Below the pieces are notes generated by a model. That model ran no database searches and had not been told where the DNA came from. It saw nothing but the letters and a program-made list of their open reading frames with translations. Below, in pieces: positions 45,121 to 54,966 of a stretch of DNA of 64,000 nucleotides (position 1 is its first letter; each line of letters begins with the position of its first letter). A program made the translations under genes and the position numbers. The DNA is taken from sequence record NZ_CP023779.1. One strand, given 5' to 3'. Source of the stretch: a plasmid.

Positions 45121-45897
45121 CTACGCCGAGTGGACGGGCCGGGCCCGCCGGCTCGGCACGGCGCACGCATCGACCGCGGCGAGCACAACGACCCCGGAGG
45201 GTCGGTATGCGCCGGTCGGTGCCTGCGACCAGCAGCGGAATCCGCTATGACGGCGAACCGGGGACGGCAACGCGATTTGCGTACCTGTCCGGGACACAGC
45301 TATCTGCATCCGAAACAGGCGCGCGAACGTTGCCGCATCGTCGGGGATGTCCGGCCGGACAAGAAAGGTCCACCGCGATGAGCGCGGGTGCGAGATGACC
45401 GGCCCGAGGCGTTCGCCTTGGCGCTGCAAGTGGAGCCGGACTCGGGCGGCGAGTTCCGCGGGCATGGTGATCGACCCGAGGCTACTGTTCGCGATCACGA
45501 TGATGGCTTGCAGCTCCGGTTGTACGTGGGCGTCGAGCTCACATGTCCGCCGGTAATACTCGCACCGCGAGGTGAGGGTATCGGCCGGAATGCTCGGCAG
45601 AATCGCGGTGACCTCTGCGGCCGTCACGACGCGCTCCTGTGGTCGGTAGCGTCCATTCGTAGCTTCATCTCCAATGTTGCTGTCAGGCAGTAGGTTTCGA
45701 TCATTCGAAGAGAGCACGATGTAGTTCCGGCGACGGTGTGCAGCGGCCCGCGGAAATGAGGGTCTTCCACGCCTCACGGACGCATTCGCAGTCCGCAGGA
45801 GTGCAGGTGCAATGCGTCTGCGTGGCGATATGCGCGGACGCGACGGTGAACCCTTGAGCGGGGGCCGGGTGATGAACTCCGGAATCAGTTGGGCCAC
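45121..45897 (-). CDS. hypothetical protein
   Basis: Long ORF. Start uncertain. Confidence 0.3.
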   Translation of the reverse strand: MAQLIPEFITRPPLKGSPSRPRISPRRRIAPALLRTANASVRRGRPSFPRAAAHRRRNYIVLSSNDRNLLPDSNIGDEATNGRYRPQERVVTAAEVTAILPSIPADTLTSRCEYYRRTCELDAHVQPELQAIIVIANSSLGSITMPAELAARVRLHLQRQGERLGPVISHPRSSRWTFLVRPDIPDDAATFARLFRMQIAVSRTGTQIALPSPVRRHSGFRCWSQAPTGAYRPSGVVVLAAVDACAVPSRRARPVHSA

Positions 45898-45967
45898 AGC
45901 GGAACACGGCCGCGATCAGGCCACCAATCAGGGCCGAGAAACCAATCGCGAGCGCGGGCCAAGGCAT
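45701..45967 (-). CDS. small membrane/Cys-rich hypothetical protein
   Basis: N-terminal TM helix 'WPALAIGFSALIGGLIAAVF'. Cys cluster 'CTCTPADCEC'. Confidence 0.25.
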   Translation of the reverse strand: MPWPALAIGFSALIGGLIAAVFRCGPTDSGVHHPAPAQGFTVASAHIATQTHCTCTPADCECVREAWKTLISAGRCTPSPELHRALFE

Positions 45968-45975
45968 GATCCGAC

Positions 45976-46269
45976 CTAATCTTCGGTGTCCTGCTGACCG
46001 AATCCGTAGGCCATGGCCGCGAGGAACGGGCGGCAGCCGGGGCCGTGGCCTGCGTGAGTCTTGTAGACGAATTCGGCCTCAGCACCGCTCGCGAACCCAC
46101 CGGGATCGGTGTTGCAGTCGCGATAGACCGCCAAGCAAAGATCACTGTCGATCCCGCCGTTCACCGATGCCTCCAGACGCGCGATCGTCGAGTGGAACGG
46201 TGCGCTCGGTGCCGAGGACGCTGCGCGGGCCGCGGGCGCGTATCCGAGTGAGGTGCAGAGCTCTCCCAA
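45976..46269 (-). CDS. small hypothetical protein
   Basis: 97-aa ORF divergent from the XRE regulator. Confidence 0.25.
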   Translation of the reverse strand: MGELCTSLGYAPAARAASSAPSAPFHSTIARLEASVNGGIDSDLCLAVYRDCNTDPGGFASGAEAEFVYKTHAGHGPGCRPFLAAMAYGFGQQDTED

Positions 46270-46472
46270 ACCTGCCTCAGCTCCATCCGCCGCTGCGGGG
46301 CGTCGTGCTCATCGCGAGGGGAAGATGAGCAATGAACTCAGCACCGAGTGCACTGGATCACAGCTTGGCAGGCTCAGGGACAGGCTTTGTTCGCCAGACG
46401 AACACATGCAATGCCAGAATCTGCGCATACCATGGGGAGTGGCCACCCCGCTGTTCCGAAGGGGAACTCACC

Positions 46473-47711
46473 ATGATCGAAACCGAAGATCGCTACATCG
46501 GCCGCCAGGTCGCCACACTCCGCAACCGCCGAGGAATGACTCAGCAGGTCCTTGCCGACCTCCTGGGTATCAGTCGATCGCAACTCGCGAAATACGAATC
46601 CGGCCTGCAACCACTCGACTCTCGCAAGATGCTGTATGCCATCGCGGAGGCGTTGCAAGTCTCGATCGCTGATCTGACGGGACACGCGGAGGACAAGCAC
46701 CTGTCGTCCGCTTCGGTCTTCCACGCTGCTGTTCCGCGCATCGAAGCCGCGCTGCTGTCGGCGGGACATGTGGACGATGTTCGGGCGCCGGCCACGGTGG
46801 CTGTGCTCGCTCAGACCGCCGATCTCGCACTCGATCTGCGGATGGCGGGTGACCTGTCGAAACTTGGTTCGCTGCTGCCTGACCTGATCACCGATTGCTA
46901 CCGGCGGACAGTTGACGGACCGGAACCCGACCGAAACGTCGCGTGGTCGGCACTGGCTCGAGCAGCGTTCGCGACGGCTCTAGCCAGCAAAGGACTGGGC
47001 TACACGTCGCTCGCTTGGAACGCCGCACGAGTAACCGCCGAAGCAGCAGGCATCATCGGCGACAAAGTCGCGCTGGCGGCTTCTGAATTCGTCTCATCAC
47101 AAGTACTGCTCGCGATGCCCGGTAGCCTTCCTGCGGCACTGGGGCGGATCCAGGCCGCCACCGACCGGATGCAGACCGACCTGAGCGGCACACCGGAGGG
47201 CCTCCAACTGTATGGAATGTTGAACTTGCAGGGCGCTCTCACTTCGGCGGCATTGGGTCGCGACTCGGCCGACCATCTCGCCGAGGCACGGGAAACAGCA
47301 TCTCGCACAGGGGAATCCGACGAATCTGCTTTCCGTCTGGATTTTGGCCCATCCAATGCCGCCATCTGGGGGATGTCGGTCGCGCTCGAAGAAGGCCGAG
47401 GCGGCGCGGCCGTTGCACTCGCCACTGAAGTCGATCCGACTGCCATCGGCACCGCTGAACGGCAGGCGCGTTTCTTCATCGAGCAGGGTCGCGGACATGC
47501 GATGGAGGGCCAATATGCTGAAGCAATGGCGGCTCTCCTGCGTGCGGAGACCATAGCTCCGCAGTACGTTCGCTCACGTGTTGTTGTTCGTGAACTCGTT
47601 GGCTACATGCTGCGGAAGGCTCGCCGCGATCTCACCGCCGGGGAACTCGGCAAGCTGGCCCAGCGCGTAGGGGCCATTCCCGCTCCGGCCGGTTTGTCGC
47701 ACCTGTCCTAA
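46473..47711 (+). CDS. XRE-family HTH transcriptional regulator with long helical (TPR-like) C-terminal domain
   Basis: 'MTQQVLADLLGISRSQLAKYESG' HTH_XRE. GAAGGGGA RBS. 412 aa. Confidence 0.75.
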   Translation: MIETEDRYIGRQVATLRNRRGMTQQVLADLLGISRSQLAKYESGLQPLDSRKMLYAIAEALQVSIADLTGHAEDKHLSSASVFHAAVPRIEAALLSAGHVDDVRAPATVAVLAQTADLALDLRMAGDLSKLGSLLPDLITDCYRRTVDGPEPDRNVAWSALARAAFATALASKGLGYTSLAWNAARVTAEAAGIIGDKVALAASEFVSSQVLLAMPGSLPAALGRIQAATDRMQTDLSGTPEGLQLYGMLNLQGALTSAALGRDSADHLAEARETASRTGESDESAFRLDFGPSNAAIWGMSVALEEGRGGAAVALATEVDPTAIGTAERQARFFIEQGRGHAMEGQYAEAMAALLRAETIAPQYVRSRVVVRELVGYMLRKARRDLTAGELGKLAQRVGAIPAPAGLSHLS

Positions 47712-47727
47712 ATCCAGAGAGCTCCCG

Positions 47728-47773
47728 GGAACCGCTAGGTAGGTCGATTCCCTCCCGCCACCTAGCGGTTCCC
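47728..47773. terminator. perfect 14-bp-stem hairpin GGGAACCGCTAGGT-N18-ACCTAGCGGTTCCC, 17 bp after the XRE stop
   Basis: Stem and loop read directly. The stem 14-mer also occurs at 16151-16164. AACCGCTAGG also at 17309-17318. Confidence 0.5.
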
Positions 47774-47808
47774 GTCTGTCTACGCCATGGCTGGCTGTCC
47801 CTGCTGAT

Positions 47809-49497
47809 TTATCGAACGGCTCGGACAGGTACCTTGACCTGTTCTGCGGCGGCCGCGATGGCCTTGATCGTTTTGTGGTGAACTCCGCCGGTGTACGAGT
47901 TGGGTGCGGTCGCTCGGGTGATCGCGGCGTGCGATTCGCCTTCGTCGAGCATCCGAAGAACGGTGGTGATCTGCTCGACCGTGGGTTTTGTGACCAGTCC
48001 GGCGGCGCGGATCCGGCCCGCGAGCACCTCGTACTGATCGGGTCCGTTCTCGTCGGCGCGAGATGCGGGCAGGGCTCGCACTACCGCACTCGCACCGGCG
48101 GCGCCGCTCGCATTGCTCGCACTTGGGGTCGCACTCGGTGCGGGCGGTGCGGGCCGACGCGACCTCGCATCGGCAAGTGCGGGCTCCTGCGCGGCCTGGG
48201 CCGGTGCTAGGTCGACGTGGTGCGAGGCCGCGCTCGCACCGGTGCTGAGTGCGAGGCTGGTGCCCGCGGCGGACGGTGCGAGGGCTTCCTCGGTCGGCGT
48301 GGGTGCGGCGGCGGCCGGTGCGGGGGCCGCGGAGTGGTCTTCGAACGGGCCCGCATCGGGGCTCGCACCGGCGGGTGCGGTGGGGGCGGCGGTCTCGTGG
48401 TTGTCCTGGTCAGCTGCGGTGCGAGCTGGTGCGTCGGCCGCCTGGTCGTTGCGCTCGGGTTCGGGCTCGACTGGTGCGGGCGCAGCGGCGGCCGGGCTCG
48501 CATTCGGGCTCGCACCGGTGGGTGCGGGCTGTGCGGGCGTGGCCGGTGCGAGGGGTACTTCGGGAACTGCGAGGTGCGGGGTGCGGGGTGCGAGGGCTGC
48601 CGTTGGTGCGAGGGTGTTGTGGTGCGAGGTCAGGCTCGCACCGGCGAGTGCGGGCTCGCACCTGTCGGCGGCCGCGGCGGTTGGTGCGAGGCGTTCCAGG
48701 GTCGCACTCGCACCGGCCTCGGGAGCGTTAGCGGCGGCCTCGAGGGTTTTGCTGATCAGTCGCGCGTAGCGGTTGGACAACCAGGCGTGTAGCCAGATGG
48801 CGACGCCGATCATGACCGGGGCGGCGGAGAATTCGAGGCCCTTGCCGAGGTCGCCGGTGAAGTAGTGCGGCCCGGCGTTGAGTGCGATCGACCCGCCGAG
48901 TAGGGCGACTTCGAGCAGGACGATCGTGCCGCGCTCGGTTTCCTCGCCGAGCTCGGCGGCCGTCTGCGAGTGCACCATGATCAGGATGAGGGGCACCGAA
49001 AACATGGCTTCGATGCCGAAGCTGATCCACCACAGTGGGTTGCTGGTGTCATGGTTGGGCACGAGATTCGATTGCACATTGATTGCCGCCCAGGTCATTC
49101 CGAGCAGCACGACGCCGATGAGTACCCGTGCGGTGACGGTGCTGCGTCGGAAGACCCGGGCCAGCTGCGCGTCCGGGGTCAGCGCACGGCGGCGCGCGGA
49201 CAGGGCTCGTTGAAGCCATTGCCGATCCTGGTGGGCGGCCTTGGCCAGCTGGGCGGCGGTGCGCTGTTCGCGGCGCTCGGCCCGGTCTTCCAGTTTGAGC
49301 AGTCGACGGCGGCGCGTACGTTTCTGGTCGCGTTCCCACTCGGCGAGGTCGCGGTCGGCGTCGCGTTCACGCTGCGAGGGCGCGGTCATGAGCGTGCTCG
49401 CGGCCGGTTGACGCAGGAGTTCGGTTACCTTGGCGCTGCGCTCGATCGCCTCGCGCAACGCGGTCGGGTCGCTGACTTCCGGTTTCTTTCGCAGCAT
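47809..49497 (-). CDS. membrane protein (DUF2637/Spd-like N-terminal TM domain) with Ala/Pro-rich low-complexity middle and helical C-terminus
   Basis: TM helices 'VLIGVVLLGMTWAAINV', 'WWISFGIEAMFSVPLILIMV', 'MIGVAIWLHAWL'. Start at ATG 49497 (MLRKKPEV). The upstream ORF extension is Arg-rich repeat noise. Confidence 0.5.
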   Translation of the reverse strand: MLRKKPEVSDPTALREAIERSAKVTELLRQPAASTLMTAPSQRERDADRDLAEWERDQKRTRRRRLLKLEDRAERREQRTAAQLAKAAHQDRQWLQRALSARRRALTPDAQLARVFRRSTVTARVLIGVVLLGMTWAAINVQSNLVPNHDTSNPLWWISFGIEAMFSVPLILIMVHSQTAAELGEETERGTIVLLEVALLGGSIALNAGPHYFTGDLGKGLEFSAAPVMIGVAIWLHAWLSNRYARLISKTLEAAANAPEAGASATLERLAPTAAAADRCEPALAGASLTSHHNTLAPTAALAPRTPHLAVPEVPLAPATPAQPAPTGASPNASPAAAAPAPVEPEPERNDQAADAPARTAADQDNHETAAPTAPAGASPDAGPFEDHSAAPAPAAAAPTPTEEALAPSAAGTSLALSTGASAASHHVDLAPAQAAQEPALADARSRRPAPPAPSATPSASNASGAAGASAVVRALPASRADENGPDQYEVLAGRIRAAGLVTKPTVEQITTVLRMLDEGESHAAITRATAPNSYTGGVHHKTIKAIAAAAEQVKVPVRAVR

Positions 49498-49532
49498 GAT
49501 GTGTCCTGTTCGAGGCAGGGTTGTGCGGCTGA

Positions 49533-50429
49533 TCAGTCGGCCGCGATAGCGGTGCGGACCGATTCGGGGATGTCGGTGTAGCTGGTGCCGTTCTTGCGGG
49601 CGATGCCGCGCAAGGTGTCCTCGAGGTGCTCGCCCTCGACGCCGCTGGCCTTGGCGTCCTGCACCGCGAGCACGGCTTGCTCGACCCATTCGCGCAGTTT
49701 CGCGATGCGGGCCACGAGCGGCAGGAACGTCTGTTCCGCGGTCCTGGCCGCGAGGCGGGCTCGCGCCGGGTCGGCTGATGCACTCGTGCTGTCCTCGGCC
49801 GCGATGGCGTCGCGGACCGATTCGGGGATGTCGGTGTAGGCGGTGCTGTTCTTGCGGGCGATGCCCCGCAAGGTGTCCTCGAGGTGCTCGCCGGTCACGC
49901 CGGCGGTCTTGGCGTCGGCGATGGCCATGACGGCCTGCCCGATCCAATCGTTGAGTTTCGCAATGCGGGCCACGAGCGGCAAGAACGTCTGTTCCGCGGT
50001 CCTGGCCGCGAGTCTCGTCCGCGCTGCGTCGACCGGCCCGCCAGTCCTGCGCGGGCTCGACTCGATCGCCGGGACCTTTGGCGCGGTCTGCTGCTGCGGT
50101 GCGGCCTTGGCTTTCGACTCGTGACGCTTCGGCGACTCCTCGGCGGCAGGAACGCTTTCGGGCCGAGGCGTGGTCGCTGCTGGAGTCGCAGTCGGTGATT
50201 GAGCAACGGTCGGCGTCGACGTGGAAGGCGTCGCTTGCGCCTCTGGTTGGCCCGTAGACGGCTTGGTCTCCGGTTCGGCGACTCCGGTACTGCCCGAGCG
50301 TTGTTCGGCCGTCTGCGTTCCTTGCTGACCGGGTTGCTTGGGAAGGTTTCCTCGGTTGGCACGAGGGCGGCCACGCTCAGCAGGGGCGGCCAGTGCCTTG
50401 GCGGCTTTTTCAGCATCAATTGTTGACAT
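49533..50429 (-). CDS. protein with two ~86-aa tandem repeats (possible partition/centromere-binding partner of ParA)
   Basis: AGGAGA RBS. Repeat 'RLAARTAEQTFLPLVARIAKL...GEHLEDTLRGIARKN.T.YTDIPESVR.AIAA' x2. Immediately downstream of ParA. Confidence 0.6.
   Translation of the reverse strand: MSTIDAEKAAKALAAPAERGRPRANRGNLPKQPGQQGTQTAEQRSGSTGVAEPETKPSTGQPEAQATPSTSTPTVAQSPTATPAATTPRPESVPAAEESPKRHESKAKAAPQQQTAPKVPAIESSPRRTGGPVDAARTRLAARTAEQTFLPLVARIAKLNDWIGQAVMAIADAKTAGVTGEHLEDTLRGIARKNSTAYTDIPESVRDAIAAEDSTSASADPARARLAARTAEQTFLPLVARIAKLREWVEQAVLAVQDAKASGVEGEHLEDTLRGIARKNGTSYTDIPESVRTAIAAD
49540..50060. repeat. ~260-bp tandem DNA duplication inside 49533..50429
   Basis: 49561-49640 and 49821-49900 are near-identical ('GATGTCGGTGTAG..GGTGC.GTTCTTGCGGGCGATGCC.CGCAAGGTGTCCTCGAGGTGCTCGCC'). 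Confidence 0.6.
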
Positions 50430-50476
50430 CGGGTCTTGGTCTCCTGTGGTTCGGAGTAATCCTGGGCCGGAAAGGA

Positions 50477-51154
50477 TTACGTGGTTTCGAGTTCCTCGAC
50501 TACGGCTTCGTAGCCGAACAGTCGGACAGGCACGGAATGTGCTGCACGAGCGACGAGCGTGTTCTGGCGAATCTGCGCCTTCATCACCGGAATACCGACC
50601 GCTTCCAACATGTCCCTGGCCTGCTTTGCCAGGGCAGTATTCGGGTCAACTCGAACGAGTAGGACACGAGTGTCGATCTTCCTGCCTTGTTCCTGCTCGA
50701 TCTCCCCCACTAGGTCGAACGCAGGCATTATTTGCTCGGTAGTGAGATATCCCGGCTCGGTGGGCAGGATTACCACATCGGCCAGGCGAGCGATCAGTTT
50801 CAGGCTTTCAGGGTCGGCAGGTCCCCCATCGACAATCTTCCGGGATGCCGTGCTCCCGTGTATCAGGCCGTACAGATCGTCTTCGTCCTCTGCACCCTCG
50901 ACGACGAAGTTATCGGGCCATAGCCGATGGGCAGCACCACCCAGTCCCACACCTTCGTGTGCCTTGTCAGCCCAGCTGACCGCCGAATGGTAGCGGTCCC
51001 AGGACACCAGGGTGACATCTTCTCCACGGCGTATGTAGGCGTGACCCATCATCATCGCAGCAGTCGTTTTGGTGGTCCCTCCACCTTTGACGTGAGTACT
51101 AGCGATTGTTTTGCCGGAGTCCGGCGGTCTCCATCCGGAGTACTGATCTTCCAT
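50477..51154 (-). CDS. parA: ParA/Soj-family partition ATPase
   Basis: Deviant Walker A 'HVKGGGTTKTTAAMMMGHA'. About 225 aa. Start uncertain (ATG 51154). Confidence 0.7.
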   Translation of the reverse strand: MEDQYSGWRPPDSGKTIASTHVKGGGTTKTTAAMMMGHAYIRRGEDVTLVSWDRYHSAVSWADKAHEGVGLGGAAHRLWPDNFVVEGAEDEDDLYGLIHGSTASRKIVDGGPADPESLKLIARLADVVILPTEPGYLTTEQIMPAFDLVGEIEQEQGRKIDTRVLLVRVDPNTALAKQARDMLEAVGIPVMKAQIRQNTLVARAAHSVPVRLFGYEAVVEELETT

Positions 51155-51254
51155 GACCGACCACCGTACTGGACAAGTGTCGGTGCCGCCCGCTAAAACG
51201 CGGCGAGTCGCGGAATGCCGCTGCGTCGCGTGCTCACACGCGCTGGAGCGCATA

Positions 51255-51278
51255 CGCGCGGTACGCGCGTACCGCGCG
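51255..51278. promoter_or_regulatory. 24-bp perfect palindrome CGCGCGGTACGCGCGTACCGCGCG upstream of parA (operator/centromere candidate)
   Basis: Self-complementary over 24 bp. Confidence 0.5.
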
Positions 51279-51589
51279 CAAATACCACACAAGAATTCGA
51301 TTGTCCATACATAGGCGCCTTTTCGTGTCGCTGCTGGCGATAGTCATCACGTGACAAAAGTGCCGTCCTTGCCGAGGCTACGTGAGGTCGAATCTCGACC
51401 TGGCCGCCCGTGCTGGGCGGCCGAAATCGGGGCATTCTGCCGGCCCGCGCGCCAGCCGTTCGCGGATGACCAGTGGGAGCGGGCTGCGCTCCGAGCAACG
51501 TACACCCGCCGACCGGTGACGGCCCAGCTTCAGCCCCGGCCCGGCCCGGCGGGGCCGGTCGACTTTCTTGTCCGTGAATACTTGTCCGA

Positions 51590-51652
51590 CAAGCTAAAAA
51601 AATAAAGAAAATAAAGATACGAAAATCGGATACGAAATGATAGAATCGAGGC
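51590..51652. promoter_or_regulatory. extremely A-rich promoter region with direct repeats (AAATAAAGA x2, ATACGAAA x2)
   Basis: 'CAAGCTAAAAAAATAAAGAAAATAAAGATACGAAAATCGGATACGAAATGATAGAATCGAGG' immediately upstream of the ATG at 51653. GC is far below the window average. Confidence 0.45.
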
Positions 51653-52804
51653 ATGACCAGCGCGAACGGCCCGGCGGCCAAGGTCGAGCCGAAGATCTGC
51701 AAGTACCCGGGGTGCACCCGGCACGCCAAGCCGGGTAAAGGTCGCGGGGCACCGAACGAGTACTGCCACGAGGCCGATCCCGGGGGCGGCCCGGTCCACA
51801 ACGGGCCGAATGCCTGGAAGGCGAAGCAGAAGACCGCCGGTGACGGTCCGGCCCCGGACGCGACCGAGCCCGCCGCTCGGGTGTCGCTTGCGCGGGCCAG
51901 TCTCGAGGTGCAGCTCGAGGACATGCGTAACCAGTTCGCAGGCATGGGGGAGCGGCTGACCCAGCTCTCGGAGACGCTGCGGGTGTCGCGCGACGACGAA
52001 GCTCTCGCCGCCGAGCTCAAGCACCGCCAGCAGCAGGCGGACGCCGATGTCGCGGCCGCGAACCTGCGCGCCGACGACGCCGAGGCCGCGGCTCGCGCGA
52101 TGCGAGAGGACCTGGAGGACGCGAACGACGCAGCGCGGGAAGCCATCGCCGAGTCGGAAGAGACCGCGGCCGTTGCGCGCTGGCTCGTCGCGGAAGCCCA
52201 GTGGCGCACCGACCGGGCCGAGGCGGCCGCTCGCGCGGCAGAACAGCGGATCAACGAACATCAGGCGCAGGCCGAGGCCGCAATCGCCACGGCGCGCCGC
52301 GAGGCAGACGCGAAGGTCGAACAAGCCAAATCGGAGGCCGCGCAACAGATTCGGGCCGCCTCGGCCGCCGCAGACGAACGGATCGCGGAAGCCGAGGCCC
52401 AGGCCGCCGAGGCCGATTCCCGCCGCGCGGCCGCCGAACGGGCGGCCGAGCGCAGCGATCAGGCCCGGCAGGACGCGGTGGCGGCGGCCGCCGAGGTCAA
52501 GCAGACCGCCGAGGATCTGCGCCAGCGGCTCGACCAGCTCCGCGCCGAGCACGATGAGCAGGTGCGGGCGCTGCGGGTCGACATCGACGAGCTGCACCAC
52601 ACGCACCGCGCCGAGCTGACCCGCCTCACTGCGGAAGCCCGAGCGGACCGGACCCAGCTGGAGACCAGCTACCGGAGCGAGCTGGCGCGCGTCCGCGATG
52701 AGGCCAACGCGCGGGTAGCGGCCGCCGAGGAAGCGCTCGCGCACGCGCGGCGAGCACCCGCGACCCGGGCCCGCGGCGGCGGTCGACGACGACCGGCGGT
52801 GTAG
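51653..52804 (+). CDS. Zn-finger (CxxC...C.H) N-terminus plus long Ala/Glu-rich coiled-coil protein
   Basis: 'CKYPGCTRHAKPG...NEYCHE'. RBS GAGG. 383 aa. Confidence 0.55.
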   Translation: MTSANGPAAKVEPKICKYPGCTRHAKPGKGRGAPNEYCHEADPGGGPVHNGPNAWKAKQKTAGDGPAPDATEPAARVSLARASLEVQLEDMRNQFAGMGERLTQLSETLRVSRDDEALAAELKHRQQQADADVAAANLRADDAEAAARAMREDLEDANDAAREAIAESEETAAVARWLVAEAQWRTDRAEAAARAAEQRINEHQAQAEAAIATARREADAKVEQAKSEAAQQIRAASAAADERIAEAEAQAAEADSRRAAAERAAERSDQARQDAVAAAAEVKQTAEDLRQRLDQLRAEHDEQVRALRVDIDELHHTHRAELTRLTAEARADRTQLETSYRSELARVRDEANARVAAAEEALAHARRAPATRARGGGRRRPAV

Positions 52805-52842
52805 CCCAATGCCCCAGGCCCGCAGAAAGGATGGTTCCCCCG

Positions 52843-53480
52843 TGACCAACCACCGCAGTTCAGCAACCAAGGTCGCGACAACAGCGCGTCGTCGACAGCA
52901 ACCCGCGCCGCCCGGGGCGGCCCGTAACCTCGGTAACGTGCGTGTTGATGTTGTGGGCTTGGTGAACGAGACGGCAGAGCAGCTCGAGAACCTGCCGCCG
53001 GACACCTCACCGCAAGCCGCGCTGTGCCATGCGCACAGCGGCATCGCCGCGCTGAATCTGGGTGTCGTCGTGATGAGCGGGAACGTCGATCAATCCCGCC
53101 TGGACGAATTCACGGCCGCCACGGTCCTGGCGCACGAAGCTCATGAGGAAATCACCGAGGTCGTCGACGACGACTTGTTCGGCGAGCTGCTCGACATGCG
53201 CGTGATCGAGCTGCTCGACCAGGCCGAGCAGCTACGCCGGATGCGGGTCTCGGTGCGCTGGCTGCGCACGGCCATGGCCCGCGCAGCCGAGGCAACGCAT
53301 TCCGTTCTCGCCGGCCTGGCCACCTCCGACGATCCGCCGTCCGACATCCGCGCGGCCGCCGAGACCACCGCTGCCCTCGTCGCCGATATGCGGATGCTAA
53401 TCGACGGGCCCGCTCGTGAACGGGCAGCCCTGGCCGAGCTCATCAAGCGGCAAGCGGTCATCATCAAGGTCGACGAATAA
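52843..53480 (+). CDS. hypothetical protein
   Basis: GTG start after AAAGGA. An alternative ATG at 52809 is possible. Confidence 0.4.
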
Positions 53481-53508
53481 AGGTTCGGGCGGGGCCAATC
53501 CGCGCTGA

Positions 53509-54966
53509 TCAGGACTCCAGCGGCGGCCTCTTGTGCGCGGCCTGGGTCAGCCGACGCCAGTGCGCGCGGTGGTCGAACGCAGTGCCCTCTTGGCGCCGCC
53601 GGGCCGCCGCGTCAGCGGCCGCCTTCGCCGCCTGGCGGCCCTCACCGTTGAGCGCGGCCTCGCGCACCTCCGCCCGGCGCTCCTGCACGGCTTCTTTTGC
53701 GGCCGCCACCACGGCGTCGAGGGCGGCTTTCTCCTCGGCCGCGCGCCGTTGCTCGATCTCACGCACGACATGCGGCGGGAACGGCAGATCGACCTTCTCC
53801 AGCATCGCCCTGACGTAAGCGAGCGGGTGCCGCACTTCGGCGGCCGGACGCAGCTCGTCGTTGATGTCGTCGGATGTCCAACCGTTCTCGGCTGCGGGCG
53901 CTAGAACCCTCGCCCACGCATCGGCCCTATTCCGACGCGCCCAATCCGGTGTTCGGGCATCTCCGAGCCATTTGAGGGCCAAAATGAGGGCATTCTGAGG
54001 CGGCGGCGTAGTCTTCCGGTCACCCCCCTTTTTGTCTGGGCGGCGCGAAGCGCCTCGATTTCCACAACCCTGCGCTACGTAAGAACCACTAGAAGTCTCT
54101 TTTACGGGGGGAACCTGACCCCGAAGGGGGTGGGTAGCCATTTTGTTCTGACCTGCGCAAATCCGGCCCGAGTTATTCACGCGGTTGTCCACAGATCCAC
54201 GATTGCGCGGCGGGTGCAGCGCCCACACCGAGGCCCAGCCACGGGCCTTGTCGCCGACTCGCCAGCTCGCCATCCGCTCGGCCCGGGTCCGTTGCCGCCC
54301 ACGAATCACCTCGGTAGCGACGCCCATGAGCAACATGGCAAGGCGGACGCGCGTCACAGTGGTTTCCGACAAGCCTGACCGCTCCGCGATCCCGGCATTC
54401 GAGAGCCTGCAATTGCGGCCGGTCAGGTCATCCGCGGCGGCCGCCATGACCTCAGCGACCTTCATGTACGTTTTCTTGGCGACACCGCCGCCGGTGTTCT
54501 TCCGGCCGCCGCGCTTCCTGATGAGGATCGGCCGAATCGTGCGGTATTGCCGGTCGTAGGTGTTGCTGGCGGATTCGAGGTAGCTCTCGCGGGTGAACCA
54601 GCAGGCCACTCCGCGATAGGCGTTGTCGTCCTCGTCCTCGCGCGGATCGAGCTGCACGCGGCACAAGCGGCGGCAGGCTGCTTGCTGGCCACCCCACAGC
54701 GCGATCAGGCGCGGGGAGACGGCGGTGCACTGATGGCCGCACACGTGACCCCGGGTGACGGTGTGGGGGGCTTTCGCCCGGCCGCGCCGAGGGCGGCTCG
54801 GGCTGGATCCGCGGTAGGGGCCGCCGATAGCGGCTTCGATGGTGGCGCGCCACTCGTCGACTTCGGCAGCTGAGGGCGGGCTGAACGGTGCGGGCGAGAG
54901 GACACGTTGCCGATCAGTTGTTTCGCTTTCCGGGCGTGCGATATCCTCGGACCAGTGGTTCGTCAT
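53509..54966 (-). CDS. replication-initiator-like protein (RepSA/RepAM-type, tentative) with internal HTH
   Basis: 486 aa. HTH 'LSNAGIAERSGLSETTVTRVRLAMLLMG'. Cys cluster 'HVCGHQCTAVSPR...CRRLC'. Preceded by an RHH gene, as in copG-rep modules. Confidence 0.4.
   Translation of the reverse strand: MTNHWSEDIARPESETTDRQRVLSPAPFSPPSAAEVDEWRATIEAAIGGPYRGSSPSRPRRGRAKAPHTVTRGHVCGHQCTAVSPRLIALWGGQQAACRRLCRVQLDPREDEDDNAYRGVACWFTRESYLESASNTYDRQYRTIRPILIRKRGGRKNTGGGVAKKTYMKVAEVMAAAADDLTGRNCRLSNAGIAERSGLSETTVTRVRLAMLLMGVATEVIRGRQRTRAERMASWRVGDKARGWASVWALHPPRNRGSVDNRVNNSGRICAGQNKMATHPLRGQVPPVKETSSGSYVAQGCGNRGASRRPDKKGGDRKTTPPPQNALILALKWLGDARTPDWARRNRADAWARVLAPAAENGWTSDDINDELRPAAEVRHPLAYVRAMLEKVDLPFPPHVVREIEQRRAAEEKAALDAVVAAAKEAVQERRAEVREAALNGEGRQAAKAAADAAARRRQEGTAFDHRAHWRRLTQAAHKRPPLES

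Noticed and set aside
47809-49947. Full 712-aa extent of the minus-strand ORF
   Set aside because: The N-terminal ~150 codons are an Arg/His-rich translation of the antisense of the neighbouring tandem-repeat gene. The credible start is the ATG at 49497 (MLRKKPEV), just before the TM domain.
51193-53044. Long minus-strand ORFs (51193..52254, 51530..53044)
   Set aside because: Antisense to the coiled-coil gene 51653..52804, which has a clear RBS and a Zn-finger N-terminus. Arg/Ser/Ala-rich noise.
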